Assembly (NCBI RefSeq): GCF_030144855.1
Contig: NC_082706.1
Location: 106,268,001-106,332,000 of the forward strand
Reading direction: 5' to 3'
Source of the DNA: Hypanus sabinus
Lineage: Eukaryota
Length of the DNA: 64,000 bases
Shown here: positions 52,145-64,000 of the stretch, piece after piece
Position numbering within the stretch: position 1 is the first letter of the stretch
How the letters are laid out: each line of letters starts with the position of its first letter
Position numbers and translations under genes: made by a program
The notes under the pieces: model-generated
What the model was told of the DNA's origin: nothing
Database searches by the model: none
Seen by the model: only the letters and a program-made list of their open reading frames with translations

Positions 52145-53579
52145 CGTTTGGTGGAAGAGTCCCTTTGGAGATGGCGGAAGTTGTGGAGAATGATGTGTTG
52201 GATGTGGAGGCTCATGGGGTGGTAGGTAAGAGCAAGAGGAACATTATCACTGTTTAGACGAAGGGAGGACGAGGTGAGCGCGGCTGTTAGGGAATTGGAG
52301 GAGATGGGGGTGAGCGCAGCATTAATGTTGGAGGGAAGGAAACTCAGCTTCTCCGCCCAAAACCTCCGCTGTTTTTTCATTTCTCCAGATGTTGCCTGAC
52401 CGGCTGAGTTCCTGAAGATTCTTGTGTATTTTCCTTCTGTTTATTTTTCCTGAGCAGTGTATTTTTGATTTAAGGCAGAGCTTCCCAATCCCTGGTGTTG
52501 GATTACGCGGTGTAATTGTTATTCCTTTGCAGTTTAACTTTGTTATGCCTGCTAGTATTTTGTATAATTATCTATGTATATGTAAATATGCAGTGTGTCC
52601 CTAGCGGTTACCGTTATATGTATTATTTTGGAATCATATTGGCTCATCATTTTTTCTCTTTCTTCATTATTATTAGACTTTTGCAGCGCTCTCTTTCCAA
52701 TTCCCTTATTCTCTTTGAGCTTATTGGGACGATCACGTCTTATGACTCGCCCTTGACTTCTGAAAGAACCTTGGATCAAAAACATCAGCATCAAACACTG
52801 CCGTCTCTCCACCAATAGCGAACATTTTGTGGTTGTCCATTTAATGACATTCAATGCAGGAGAAGTAAAAAATAAAGTGAAGTTGCGAGCAGCGATCCTA
52901 ATAAATAAGAACGTAAGAACATAAGAAATGGGAGTAGGAGGAGTCCATCTGACCTGTCAATCCCGCTGCACCATTCGATAAAACCATGGCTGATCTGGCC
53001 GTGGGCTCAGCGCCTCTTACCTGCATTTTCTCTACAACCGCCATTTTCCTACTAACCACAGTAGTCCCAGGCGTCTTGATCTCTTCTCACAGGCTAACCC
53101 TCTCATCTTCGGAATCAACCGAGTAACCTGCCTCTGTATCGCCTACAAAGGAGTATATATTTTCTCAAAATGGCAAGGTCAGAATTGTACCCCGTACAGT
53201 TGCAGTCCTCGATCTATGATAATACATGACCCACAGCTCCATGTATCCTTATCTGTGGATGTCTTTTATGCGGCACCTTATCGAACACATTCTGGAAATC
53301 CAGGAATACAACAGGCCTTATTCCCCGCTAACTATTGCACTCGTTATCTTCTCAAAGAACTCTAGTAAGTTTGCCAGATGGACCTGCCTTCCTGAATCCA
53401 TGCTCAGTCTGCCTAATGGAACCATTTCAGGGATATAAACTCCTACCAGGCTTCCAGCCGGATACAAGCGTCAGTTATAACAGAAGTTTCGATGACAAAT
53501 GCGTGGAACGAAGCAGAGTATGCCGTGGAAACCGCGTATTGAGGTGGTAGTCAAGTAGGGGAAAGGGATTAAATAGACA

Positions 53580-53609
53580 GTGTGTGTGTGTGTGTGTGGG
53601 GGGGGGGGG
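53580..53609. repeat. (TG)n microsatellite followed by a G run
   Basis: gtgtgtgtgtgtgtgtgtggggggggggg. Confidence 0.8.
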
Positions 53610-56600
53610 AGATGATGTAGCAGGGGAAAGTCACCGCATTCAGGTCTCTGGCACCAAGCCTGGCTCTGTGACTCAGAAGGCAAGGGGGAGAAGAAGCGAG
53701 ATGTGCTGATGGAGGATTCGTTTTTAAGTGGAACAGAAACGAGATTTCTGTGGACGAGAACGAGATTCCAGTTTGGTATGTTGCTTCCCGGGTGCAAAGG
53801 TCCGGGACATCTCAAATCGAGTCCTTAGCATTCTTAAGTCGGAGGGTGAACAGCCACAGGCCGTATTCCATATAGGTGCCAATGACTTGGGTAGGAAGAG
53901 TGATGAGGTTCTGCATAGTGTGTTGAGGGATTTAGGTGCTAAGTTAAAGGAAAGGACCTCTAGGGTTGCAATATCCGGATTGCTACCCGTGCCACGTGTT
54001 GATGTGGCCGGAAATAGGAGGATAATACAGTTTTACACGTAGCTAACGACTTCGTGTAGTAGGGTGGGTGTCAGATGTTTAGCTCATTGGGCTGTCTTCC
54101 AGGGAACGTGGGATCTGTACTGAAAAGACTGTTTGCACGTTAACTGGAGGGAGTCTAATATCCTTGCAGGAAGGTTTGCTAATGTTGCATGACGGGGTGG
54201 GGCGGGGCGAGGGTGGGCGGGTTTGATCTGGAGCTGCAGGGGCATGGGAACCATACTACCAGAACAGATGGTAGAGAGATCCTGAAGACAGATGTTAAGA
54301 CCTCAGAAAAATTCAGGAACACAGGTTGAGCACAGTGCAACTATTGTGCATATATTGCAATGCAAGAAGTATTGTAAGAAGGACAGATGAGCACAGGGCT
54401 TGGATCAACATATGGAATTATGATATCGTAGCCATTACTGAGGGTTGCAGGAGGGGCAGGACTTGCAGCTCAGTATTCCGGGGTTCCGTTGTTTTGGACA
54501 CGACAGAGAGGGATGGATTTAACAATGGAGGGATGGCGTTGCTAGTCATGGGAAATGTCGGGGAAGACCAGAGAACCTATCAAGTGAGGCGTTATGGATG
54601 AAAGTGAGGAATGAGAAAGGCACCGACACGTTAAGGAGACTATCTTATAGACCACCAACAGTCCGCGGGATTTAGAAGAGCACATCTATAGCGAGATCGC
54701 AGACTGTTGCAAGAAACATAAGGTTGTTATAGTAGCTGATTGTAATTTTCCACATATTGACTCGGTCTCTCACACTGTAGAAGGACGAGATGGGATAGAG
54801 TTTGTCAAATGTGGTCAGGGAAGATTCCTGAATCAGTACGCGGAAGTCCCAATGAGAGGTTGCGCGATCCCTGATCTTCTTTTATGGAACAAGACAGGAA
54901 ATTTGTGTAGCGGAACACTTCGCATCTAGTGATCACAATTCCATTAGTTTAAATAAATTATGGAAACGGATAGGTCTAGCCCCTGGGTTGCGATTCTACA
55001 ATGGAGAAAGGCAAATTTTGATATTATCAGAAAGGATCTGGCAGGGATGGATTGGGACAGGCTGTTTTCTGGCAAAACTGTTCCAGGTAAATCGGTGGCC
55101 TTCAAAAGTGAAATTCTTAGATTACAAAGCCCATACGTGCCTGTCAGAATACAAGGTAAAGATAACAGATATACGATTCCTTGGTTTTCAAGAAATATGG
55201 CAACCCTAGTTAAGAAAAAAGAGGTGCATTGCAGGTAGGAACAGATGAAGTAATTATGGAGTATAGGAAATTGCAAGAGAATACTTATGAAGAAAACAGG
55301 AAGGCTAGAAGAAGGTGTGAGGAGTCTTAGCAGACAAGCTAAAGTGTATCCCAAGGGATTCTATACATAATCTAAGAGCAAAAAGATTGTAAGGGACAAA
55401 ATTGGTCCTCTGGAAGATCAGAATGGAAATCTATGAGTGGATCTAAAAGAGATGGAGGAGATCTTAAGCAGATTTTCTGTTTGCATCTATATTTATGGAG
55501 GACATGGACACAGAGTCTTAGAAGTCAGGCAAAGCAGCGGCGAGTTCATGGACCTTATACAGATTACAGAGGTGGTTCTTGCTGTCTTGAGGCAAACTAG
55601 GGTGAATAAATCCCCAGAACCGGACAAGGTGTTCCTTTGAATCCTGTGGGAAGTAAGTGCAGAAATTGCAGGGGCCCTAGCAGAGATATTTATATCGTCC
55701 TTAGTGACAGGCGACATACTGGAAGATTAGAGGATAAATAATGTTCCACTTTTTAAGAAAGGTTTTAAGTATGAACTAGGAAATATAAAATGGTGAGCCT
55801 GACATTAGTAATGGGAACTTTATTGGAAAGTATTCTAAGTGACTGAATATTTGAGAATTTGGATAGATATGTTCTGATCAGGCATTAGGGTTTTTGCGTG
55901 GTAGGTTTCTGCCGAACTAAACTTGTAGATTTTTTTTAGAGGAGGTTTCCAGCAAAGTTGATAAAAGCTAGACAGTGGATGTTGCCTACATGGACTTTAG
56001 AAAGACATTTGACAAGGTCCCACATGGGAGATAGTTCATGAAGTTTCAGTTGTTAGGCATTCAAAGTGAGATAGTAAATTGGTTTAGGCACTGGCTTTGT
56101 GGCAGAAGCCAGAGAATAGCAGTAAATTGTTGCCTCTCTGACTGGAGATCTTTGACTTGTAACGAGCCACAGGGGTCGATGCTGTGTCGCTTAATTGTCA
56201 TCTATAGCAACGGTATGGATGATAATGTGGTTAACGGGATCAACAAATTTGCAGATGACACCAAGATTGGGAGTGTCATGAACAGTGAGAAATACTATTA
56301 GTTCATATTTGGATCTGAATCAACTGGAATGGGGCTGAAAAATGGAATTTAATTCAGACAAGTGTGAGGTGCTGCACTTCAGTAGAAGCAACCAAGGCGG
56401 GTCTTACAGAGTGAGTAGTAGGGCACCGAGGAGTGTGGTAGACAAATGGATCTGGGAATACAGGCCCATAATTCAGTGAAGGTGACGTCACAGGTATACA
56501 GGACTATAATGAAAGTGCTTGGTACATTGGCCTTCATTAATCGAATTATTAAGATGTTGGTATGTGCAGTTTTGGTCACCTACCGACTGGAAAGATGTAA

Positions 56601-57476
56601 TAAAGTTGAATCACTGCAGAGAAAAATTACCAGGAAGTTGCCAGGACGAGAGATTAGGAATAGTAAAGTTTGAAAAATCACTGGTCTGGAAGTTTTTCAA
56701 TGTCAAAAGGCATAAATACGCAGGCACTTATATTCACTTCTTCGGATTTCCACGACACACTAGGAGACAAGGAAACGGCATCTGAAGAAGAACGGAAGGA
56801 CGAGGCCACCAGGTCCAGAGTCCTGCCCCAGCTTTCAATATGATCATTGCTAATTTGCCTCAGACCTCAGCACCTCCTCTATATCAGAGCTTCATGGCCC
56901 ACTGTTCTCCGATTCCTGCATTCATTATATTGCACAGATGCAAGCCATTAAGCCCTACTCGTCAAACATTTCAATGGCCAGGGTGAGAGAAACATATTTA
57001 TTTCAGGTCGAAATTTCAGACAAGCATCTACCAACGTTCAATGACCCAGGGATCAGAAATCCATTGAGATGCCGAAGAATCTCTTCCCTCAGCCAGAAGT
57101 TGTAAATGACTCCCACCTCCTTTTTATTGAAATCATGTCTTCTGGGCTGTAAGAGATCGTGATATAAGTGAACGAGATATTCGAAATGAAGGGGCGGATG
57201 GAAACGTTGACTGGACGCTTGGCAACCCTGTGGACGTTGTGGAGTTCATTGATATCAATGGCAGTGACGCGGGAAATTTGCGGAGAGGATGGAGCAGGGC
57301 GAGGGAACTCTCAGCGTTCTATCAGGGACAAGTTAGAGAGCACTCCTCCAAACCGAATGTGTTCCACACACCGTACTATTCTGGAACATGGCGAAATCGC
57401 AGACGTCACTATTTGATTCGGAGTTTCAGGAACTTTAGTGTGTCAGCGGAGACCCCTGCAATATTTTTACAGATAC

Positions 57477-58148
57477 TGTAACGTTCTCCTTCGGGTGTAA
57501 CGAAACGCCGAATTTAACGTCCGGATAAACCACAGTCAATGAAACCAGATCGCAGTAAGATTAACCATTTACTGTTCACTCTTCACATTAACATATGGTG
57601 AAAACTGTTGATAAAACAATACAAGATTGATACAGTATTTGTTCCTTCCTTAATATCACATTTCAAGTGTAAATACTTGCAAAGGTGACTATAACTACAT
57701 TACACTAAGGTGCAGTATACAGGGAGAGTTTACCTGCTCCATTGACTACTTTAAATACACTTCCATGCAAACTATCCGCGACTCTTTAACTAACGAAAGC
57801 ATAAACGTTATCTACCGTCGTTACTTCTAACAGGATCGGCATTAACATCTTAGTTCAATATATCGATTATCTATTAACTTACAGCGTTGCTCTCACTGTG
57901 ATTTCTCATGCCTGCAAAACTGCTTGTGCTCAGGTGTGCCTCGTGGAAAGCCCCCACCCTCGCGCTAATTTCAAACCGGTGTTTTCCCACAAGACGCGGC
58001 GAAACCGGATGTGACGTCATCACATGCAGATATATTTTACATGCAATGAATATACTTCAAACACTTCTAATTCTAGCTAGAAAATACTATTGAATGAATT
58101 ACTAAGCAAAAATATTATAAACTAAATAACTGTCGTAAAGACAGCACA
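57477..58148. mobile_element. Solo LTR (672 bp) with 5-bp TSD GATAC, ~830 bp upstream of V1d
   Basis: TGTA...CACA termini; GATAC at 57472-57476 and 58149-58153; empty site ttttacagatacacc at ~11935 and ~35385. Confidence 0.88.
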
Positions 58149-58979
58149 GATACACTACGAAGATTATTCTGACTGATTACAACACAGCCTTGCATGGAGC
58201 CTGCAATGCAAAGGGTTGTAGACTCAACGAGATCCCTCACGGGCACAACCATCTCCGCCATCGAAGGCATTTTAAGAGGCAGTACTTCAAAAAGGAGGCA
58301 TTCACTATTAAAGACCCGCACCAGAGGGGACACATTTCGCGTTCATACCATCGGGAAGAGGCATAAGGGTCTAAATATCCACATTCCACATTTTAACAAC
58401 TGTTTCTTCCTCTCCGCCATTAGATTCCTGAAAGGTGCACGATAGCAAGAATCTTCTTTTTATTTATTAGTTTTGTAACTGATACTAATGTTTCTATCTT
58501 GCACTGTCTTACTGTCGCAAAGCAACACATTTCGCGACTTACGTCAGCGGTAATAAGCCTGATTTTCATTCTGATTCACCAACGGGGCGCAGAGCTGAAC
58601 AAACAAATGTTCACCTGGAGGCGGCGCTCGGGATCCAGTGAACACTCAATTGAGAAAGATCAACAATGTCCTGGTCTTGTTTAGGATAAAGATCAATTTT
58701 AATCGGAATAAAATGAGCAAACAGGACCGAGCGGTTGAGTGGCATTGAGGTACAGTCAAGCAAACCTCTTCAATTTTATGAAAGGAAGAAATGAACTGTG
58801 GCATGCCCCGCCCCTGACACTCGTCCCCTAAGAAAGGCGGCGCTACCAGTCTCATGTAAAGAAGTGATTTGGACACGGTTCGGGATAGGAGTTGAGGCGG
58901 GTTCAGCCCCGACAACAAAAGCTGATATACAGTACTGCGCTTCCTCTCAGATTCCAATTATTGACCCGGCGCAACAAGC

Positions 58980-59399
58980 ATGTGGCAGGGTCCCTGGTTC
59001 GTGGTGCTGCTTTTCAGCTGTGCGTTACCAACTCCTCTTCAACTTTTATTGCTCCTTCCCGCTGCGCAGACTCTTAACGTTTTCTGCCCTTTTTGCAGGT
59101 AGAAGTGTGGCTCTGACCCTGATCCAGCCCGAAGCATCGATTACAGCACCTGTCGGGAAAGTCGTGCCAGTATGGTGTCAAGTGAATGGAGGCTCCGTCA
59201 GCAGTAGTAATCCCCTTCACTGGTATCAGCAGAAACCCGGCAAGCCGCTCCAAAGGATACTCTACCATGGAGATGACGTAACGCGGGATTCGGGAGCCGC
59301 ATCCTTCGGCGTGGGAAAAGTCTCAAATTCCAAACTCTATCTGTCAGTCAAAGTTAGTGCTGAAGCCGCTGCCACCTATTACTGCGCCTACTGGGTTTA
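58980..59399 (+). CDS. TRGV: TCR gamma-type V segment, family V1 copy d (diverged; leader 58980-59019, intron 59020-59098, V exon 59099-59399); open
   Basis: Leader MWQGPWFVVLLFS; 79-nt intron; V exon one codon shorter than V1a-c; ...VPVWCQVNGGSVSSSNPLHWYQQKPG...EAAATYYCAYWV. Confidence 0.85.
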
Positions 59400-59437
59400 C
59401 ACAGTATTTAATAGAAAGCAAACTCCGCACAAAAAGC
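59400..59437 (+). other. RSS (22-nt spacer) of V1d
   Basis: CACAGTA (59400-59406) + 22 nt + ACAAAAAGC (59429-59437). Confidence 0.9.
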
Positions 59438-61978
59438 TCGACGAGCAGCCAGTCAAAGGGAACCGTCAATCTGGAGGCTGCAGCGACCCCCAGCTAGAAT
59501 TGCACTTACCCATATCCGCCGGGCAGGAGTTGGGGCTCTGCTGAAGAGGCAGGGACAAAGGGTTTCTGTCTCCAGAAACGCGCCGCGTGGCCTGGCCGCA
59601 GGTGCGGCAGGATTACTCGCATTGCCTGCCTCCGACAGATACTGATCTCCCGGCACGGGGAGCTGAGCATTAACCACGGACTTCGCAAATCCCGAATCCG
59701 CTCCTCACAAACGGGAACTACTTGCGACAGGCAGTCTGGCTGACATGTGCTTCTTGGTCCCAATTCACTCATGGTGTGGATTCCAGGAGTTGCGATTCAG
59801 TTTTTCAGACAGTGAGTGGTGGGTGCGTCGAACACACTGCCGTCGACAGTGGTGGAAGCGGATACAATAGGCTCTTTTATGACACTCTCAGATAGGTACA
59901 TGGAGCTTAGAGAAATAGAGGGCTATGCGCTAGGGTAATTCTAGCCAATGTCTAGAGTAGGTTACCTGGTCGGCACAACATTGTGGGCCGAAAGGGCTGT
60001 AATGTGCCGTAAATTTCTATGTTCTATATTCACAGGAGATAAGGCGAGATATAAAATGAATATAATTTATATGTTATTGCTGTAGAGATGATCAAGAAAA
60101 ATAAGAAAATCGCGATAGAGAATATGATGTCTTGAAATATATCCGCAGTACAAAAGGGAAGCTGCTGACAGTCTTAAAACGCACCAAGGTGTAGACATTC
60201 CCAGGGCCAGAACAAGTGCTTTCTCCCTGGAAAGGCAGAGAGAGGCAGTGAAGTGTAGTAGTTAGAACAGTACAGGTGATCCTGTAAGGAGTTTGTACCC
60301 TCCCCGGGTGCTCCGCTTTCCTCCCACATTCCAAAGACCTACTGCTGGTAGGTGAATTGGCCGTTGTAAATCCCCTCGTGATGAGGCCAAGAATAGATCG
60401 GGGATTGTCGGGCGACGTGGCCCGAATGGCTGGAAGGGCCTGTTCTGTGTTGCATCTCAATAAACAAATAAATAACCAAATTGTCGTGGACCCGGCAGAG
60501 ATATTTCTATAACTGTTAGCCACGGGTGAGCTAACAGAAGAGTATAAGGCGGACACTGTTGTGTTGGTGTCAGGACAAACTAGGGAACTATAGGGAGGCA
60601 AACCTAAAATCAGAGCTGGGGAAATTACAAGAAGGAATGAGATAAACCAGCAATTGGGATTGAAGCGACTCATCAAATAATCAGCATGATATTTGTGTGT
60701 GGGAAAACATGTCAAGAAGTTAATATTTTTGAAGAGGTAACCAAGAGGATCAAGGAGAGCAGGGTGGTAATAATTGACAATATTGATTTTAGCACGTTTA
60801 ACAAGGTTCCGCATGGTAAAATGGTCCAGAAGATCAGATCATATGGGATTAAGAATAGGCGAGCCGATGCATACGGACTTAGCCTGGTGTTAAGAGTCTT
60901 AAGTGTGGTCGTGGAATTTGTGATCATTGGTGTTCCACAGGGATCATGCTGGGTCCGCTATTCTTCATTACCCACATACCTACATTAATAACATGGATGA
61001 TAATATTTTCAGCATGGTTAGCAAGCTTGAGAATGAAGTCAACGCAGTGGTGTGGTGGACAGTGAAGAAGGCGCCTTGAGATTACAACAGGATCCTTCTG
61101 GAGGCGGAGCAGAGTAATGATGGCGCTGAACGGCGACTCCTTTCCTGGCATCTTCGGAAACAGCTCTATTTCCATCTTTAATATCTTTATTTTTCTCTTT
61201 CAGGGTTCTTTTGAAGATCCTGACCTGGAGTTACACGTTGACTTCGGTAGAAATCCTACTGTTGTAATTAATATTGAAATCCTTCTGTTGTATTAAATCC
61301 TACTACAAGGCAATTCGGTATCGTTATGACTCACTCACCCTGGATCCCGGGTAATCTTACACTGCAGATCAGAGTGCCATGAGAATTCTTCTACAAGGTC
61401 TTGCTAAAGTCCATGTAAACACAACCCCTACCCTCATTCATTCTCTTAGTCACTTCTTTAATAATATCAATCAAGTTCAAGGCACGTGGCACTCCCAGAC
61501 ACTAACTATGCTGACAGTCCTCAGGGGAAAGCCACGGAGACAAGATTACTGGCATTGAGCATGGATGCGTGGTGCTTAAGTGAAAGAGGCAGAAGAGGGA
61601 AGCAATAGTGAGATGGGACTCAGTAGTCAGAGGAACATACAGGAGATTCTGTGGACGTGAACGGGTCACTCGGATGGTACGTTGCTTCCCAGGTGCTAGT
61701 CTCAAGGACATGTCGAATCGCGTTCACAGCATTTTGAAGGGGGGAGGGAGAGCAGCCAGATATCTTGGTACACATTGGCACCAATGAAATTAGAAGGAAA
61801 AGCAAAGAGGTCCTGAAAAGAGAATTTAGAGAAATAGGCAGAAAGCTGAGAAGCAGAACCCCAGAGTGGTAATTTCTGTATTGCTGCCTGTGCCATGCGC
61901 CATTGAGGGTAGAAGTGGAATGACATGGCAGAAAAATGCATCGCTGAGAAGAAGGTACAGGGGGCAGGGCTTCAGGTT

Positions 61979-64000
61979 CTTTTTTTTTGTAATTATTTTA
62001 TTGAAGTTCATCAAACAAACATTTCCATAAGATGTACTTCAGACATTGTACATATACATCATATAATCATTTATATCACAAAATCTCCACAAAGTATTTA
62101 TCTGGGGTATACACATATAGAAAAGAGTGGAAAGAAAAAAAAAACAAGCAAAAGGAAAGAACTATGTACAAGTAGGGAGTGAATTTTTTTTACAACAGAT
62201 TCATTGATTTGTGTGAATAAAATCAGGCCTATTAGGCATTGTGTAGTTAAACCATTTTTGCCAGTATGAATCAAATTGTTCCAGCTTATGATTAACAGAT
62301 GCTGTTATCTTCTCCATTTTGTAAATGTCCATTATAATTTCCATCCATGTATTTCTAGTTGGGCTCTCCTGTGACAACGATTTCCTAGTAAGAGTCTTTT
62401 TACCAGCCACCAACAGTATATTCATTAAATATTTATCTTTTTTCAACCATTCTTGAGGTATATATCCAAAATATATGGTCTTACTCTCTCCAAGGGTATT
62501 TCACATTTAACGATGTCTTGTAGGGCATTGTGTATCCCCCTCCAATAGTTTTTGATAACAGGGCAGTTCCTATCATAATGGGATTTCTGAGAGGGTGTAA
62601 TAAAAATATCATCACGTTTTTCCATCCAAACTCCCTCCATTTCCGTGAATTGGTACACTTCCATTGATACCTTCATATTGTTGTGCATTCTTCCTCAGAT
62701 AGAATTATCCCTCCTTCCTTTTCCCATTTTGTTTTAATGTATGAAGTCGAATGTGTTTTAAGATTTGATAACCCCTAATGCATGCTTGAAATTATTCTCC
62801 TACCATTATCTGAATTATATGCTTTTCTAAAGAGCTCTATCAAGCACGTATTTGCCTTGGTTACATTTTTAAGTGTCTTATTAACATATTGTCGCATCTG
62901 TAAATACGAATAAAAATCTTGTTTTTCTAATAAGTGTTTCTCTTTAAGCATTTCAAAACTGAACAGTGTTCCTTCTTTCATTATGTTGCAAAGAACTGTT
63001 ATTCCTTTAGCTGTCCAGTCCTTAAATATAGCATCCAATTTATTTGGTGTAAAATCAGTGTCATATGCACACCATTTAAGAATTGCAATATCTCCCTCTA
63101 GATTATATTCTTTTATGGTTGTTTTCCATATTTTAAGAGTAAATTTCACCCATGGGCTATCAATAGTATTTATGTACCTTTGCAGGTTGTTATCAGCCAA
63201 AATTACTTGTATGGGGATGGGAAGTACCCACTCCTCAATGTTTTTCCATTGAGCGTCATATGATGGGTTATACCAACATATCACAGCTCTCAACTGTGCT
63301 GGAAAATAATAATCTGTAACAGAAGGCAAGCCCCATCCCTCCTTTTCCTTTGCTAATTGCAAAGTTTTGAGATGAACTCTAGTCCTTTTACCATGCCAAA
63401 TATACCTTGACAGCATCTTGTTCCATTCATTGAATTGATTTTGATTAATCTCTATTGGTAGGGTGTGAAAGAGATATAACAGTCTGGGCAGTATATTCAT
63501 TTTAATAGACTCAATCCTTGAACTTAGACTGAAAAAAGGAATCAGGCTCCATTTCACCACATCTTCCTTAATTTTTTATATAGAGGCTGATAATTACATT
63601 CTGATAATTTTGCCAAATCTATTGGCATAATGATGCCCAAATATTTGAAAGACTCTGTGTGCCATGCGCAGGGGTATCAACTTTCAATTTTTCTTGGTGG
63701 GCTATAGTAATATGAAAGTAATTGGGTTTTATCTATGTTGGTCTTGTATCCTGACAATTGACTGATTTGTTCAAAGGATTGCATCAATTTAGATAAAGAG
63801 TATGTTGGTTGCCCTAGATAGATCAAAACGTCATCCGCATAACAAGCCAATTTATGCTCTGTCCCTTTTATAGTAATTCCCGATATCTTCATTTTGTCTG
63901 ATGTATTGAGCTAATTGTTCCAGATATAGCGTGAAGAGTAGTGGTGACCATGCACAACCCTGTCTTGTGCCCCTTTCTAGGGTAAGAATATTTGATAAAT
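61979..64000 (-). mobile_element. L1/Tx1-clade LINE ORF2 3' portion with poly(A) tail, running off the window end
   Basis: [13 protein letters not shown] (~63935-63980), CYADDVLIYL, KMNILPRLLYLF and GWGLPS motifs; AATAAA and an A-run at ~61979-62003 on the minus strand. Confidence 0.88.

Noticed and set aside
1-64000. J, D or C segments, germline-joined V-J genes, RNA genes, CRISPR arrays
   Set aside because: The CACTGTG occurrences I checked lack a spaced nonamer and an FGxG frame. No C-domain ORF, structured RNA gene or repeat-spacer array was seen; tRNA-like sequence is limited to SINE heads.

Overview
Vertebrate genomic DNA. The CR1 LINE, V-SINE and Penelope repeat content and the V-gene style point to a cartilaginous fish, probably a ray (inference). 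The window is part of an unrearranged antigen-receptor V-segment array, most likely T-cell receptor gamma (TRG). It holds eight leader-intron-V-RSS units in three families; the labels V1/V2/V3 are mine. V1 has four open copies (14398+, 17862-, 36289+, 58980+), V2 has two open copies (26338-, 45749+), and V3 has two pseudogenes (27839-, 44265+). All RSSs are 22/23-spacer type. I found no J, D or C segment. The array was built by nested segmental duplications, including an inverted ~14.7-kb V3psi-V2-V1 block (15041-29800), so intact V segments sit in both orientations. The rest is decayed CR1, Rex1, L1/Tx1 and Penelope LINE fragments, V-SINEs and solo LTRs. I see no new enzyme system. The best leads are: the bidirectional V array (implying inversional V-J joining); a deletion centred on the RAG cut site in a germline V3 copy; two V3 pseudogenes with complementary lesions; a dense CDR1 patch in one V1 copy; and mosaic, conversion-like flanks. 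Repeat and duplication boundaries were aligned by eye and are approximate unless target-site duplications (TSDs) are given.
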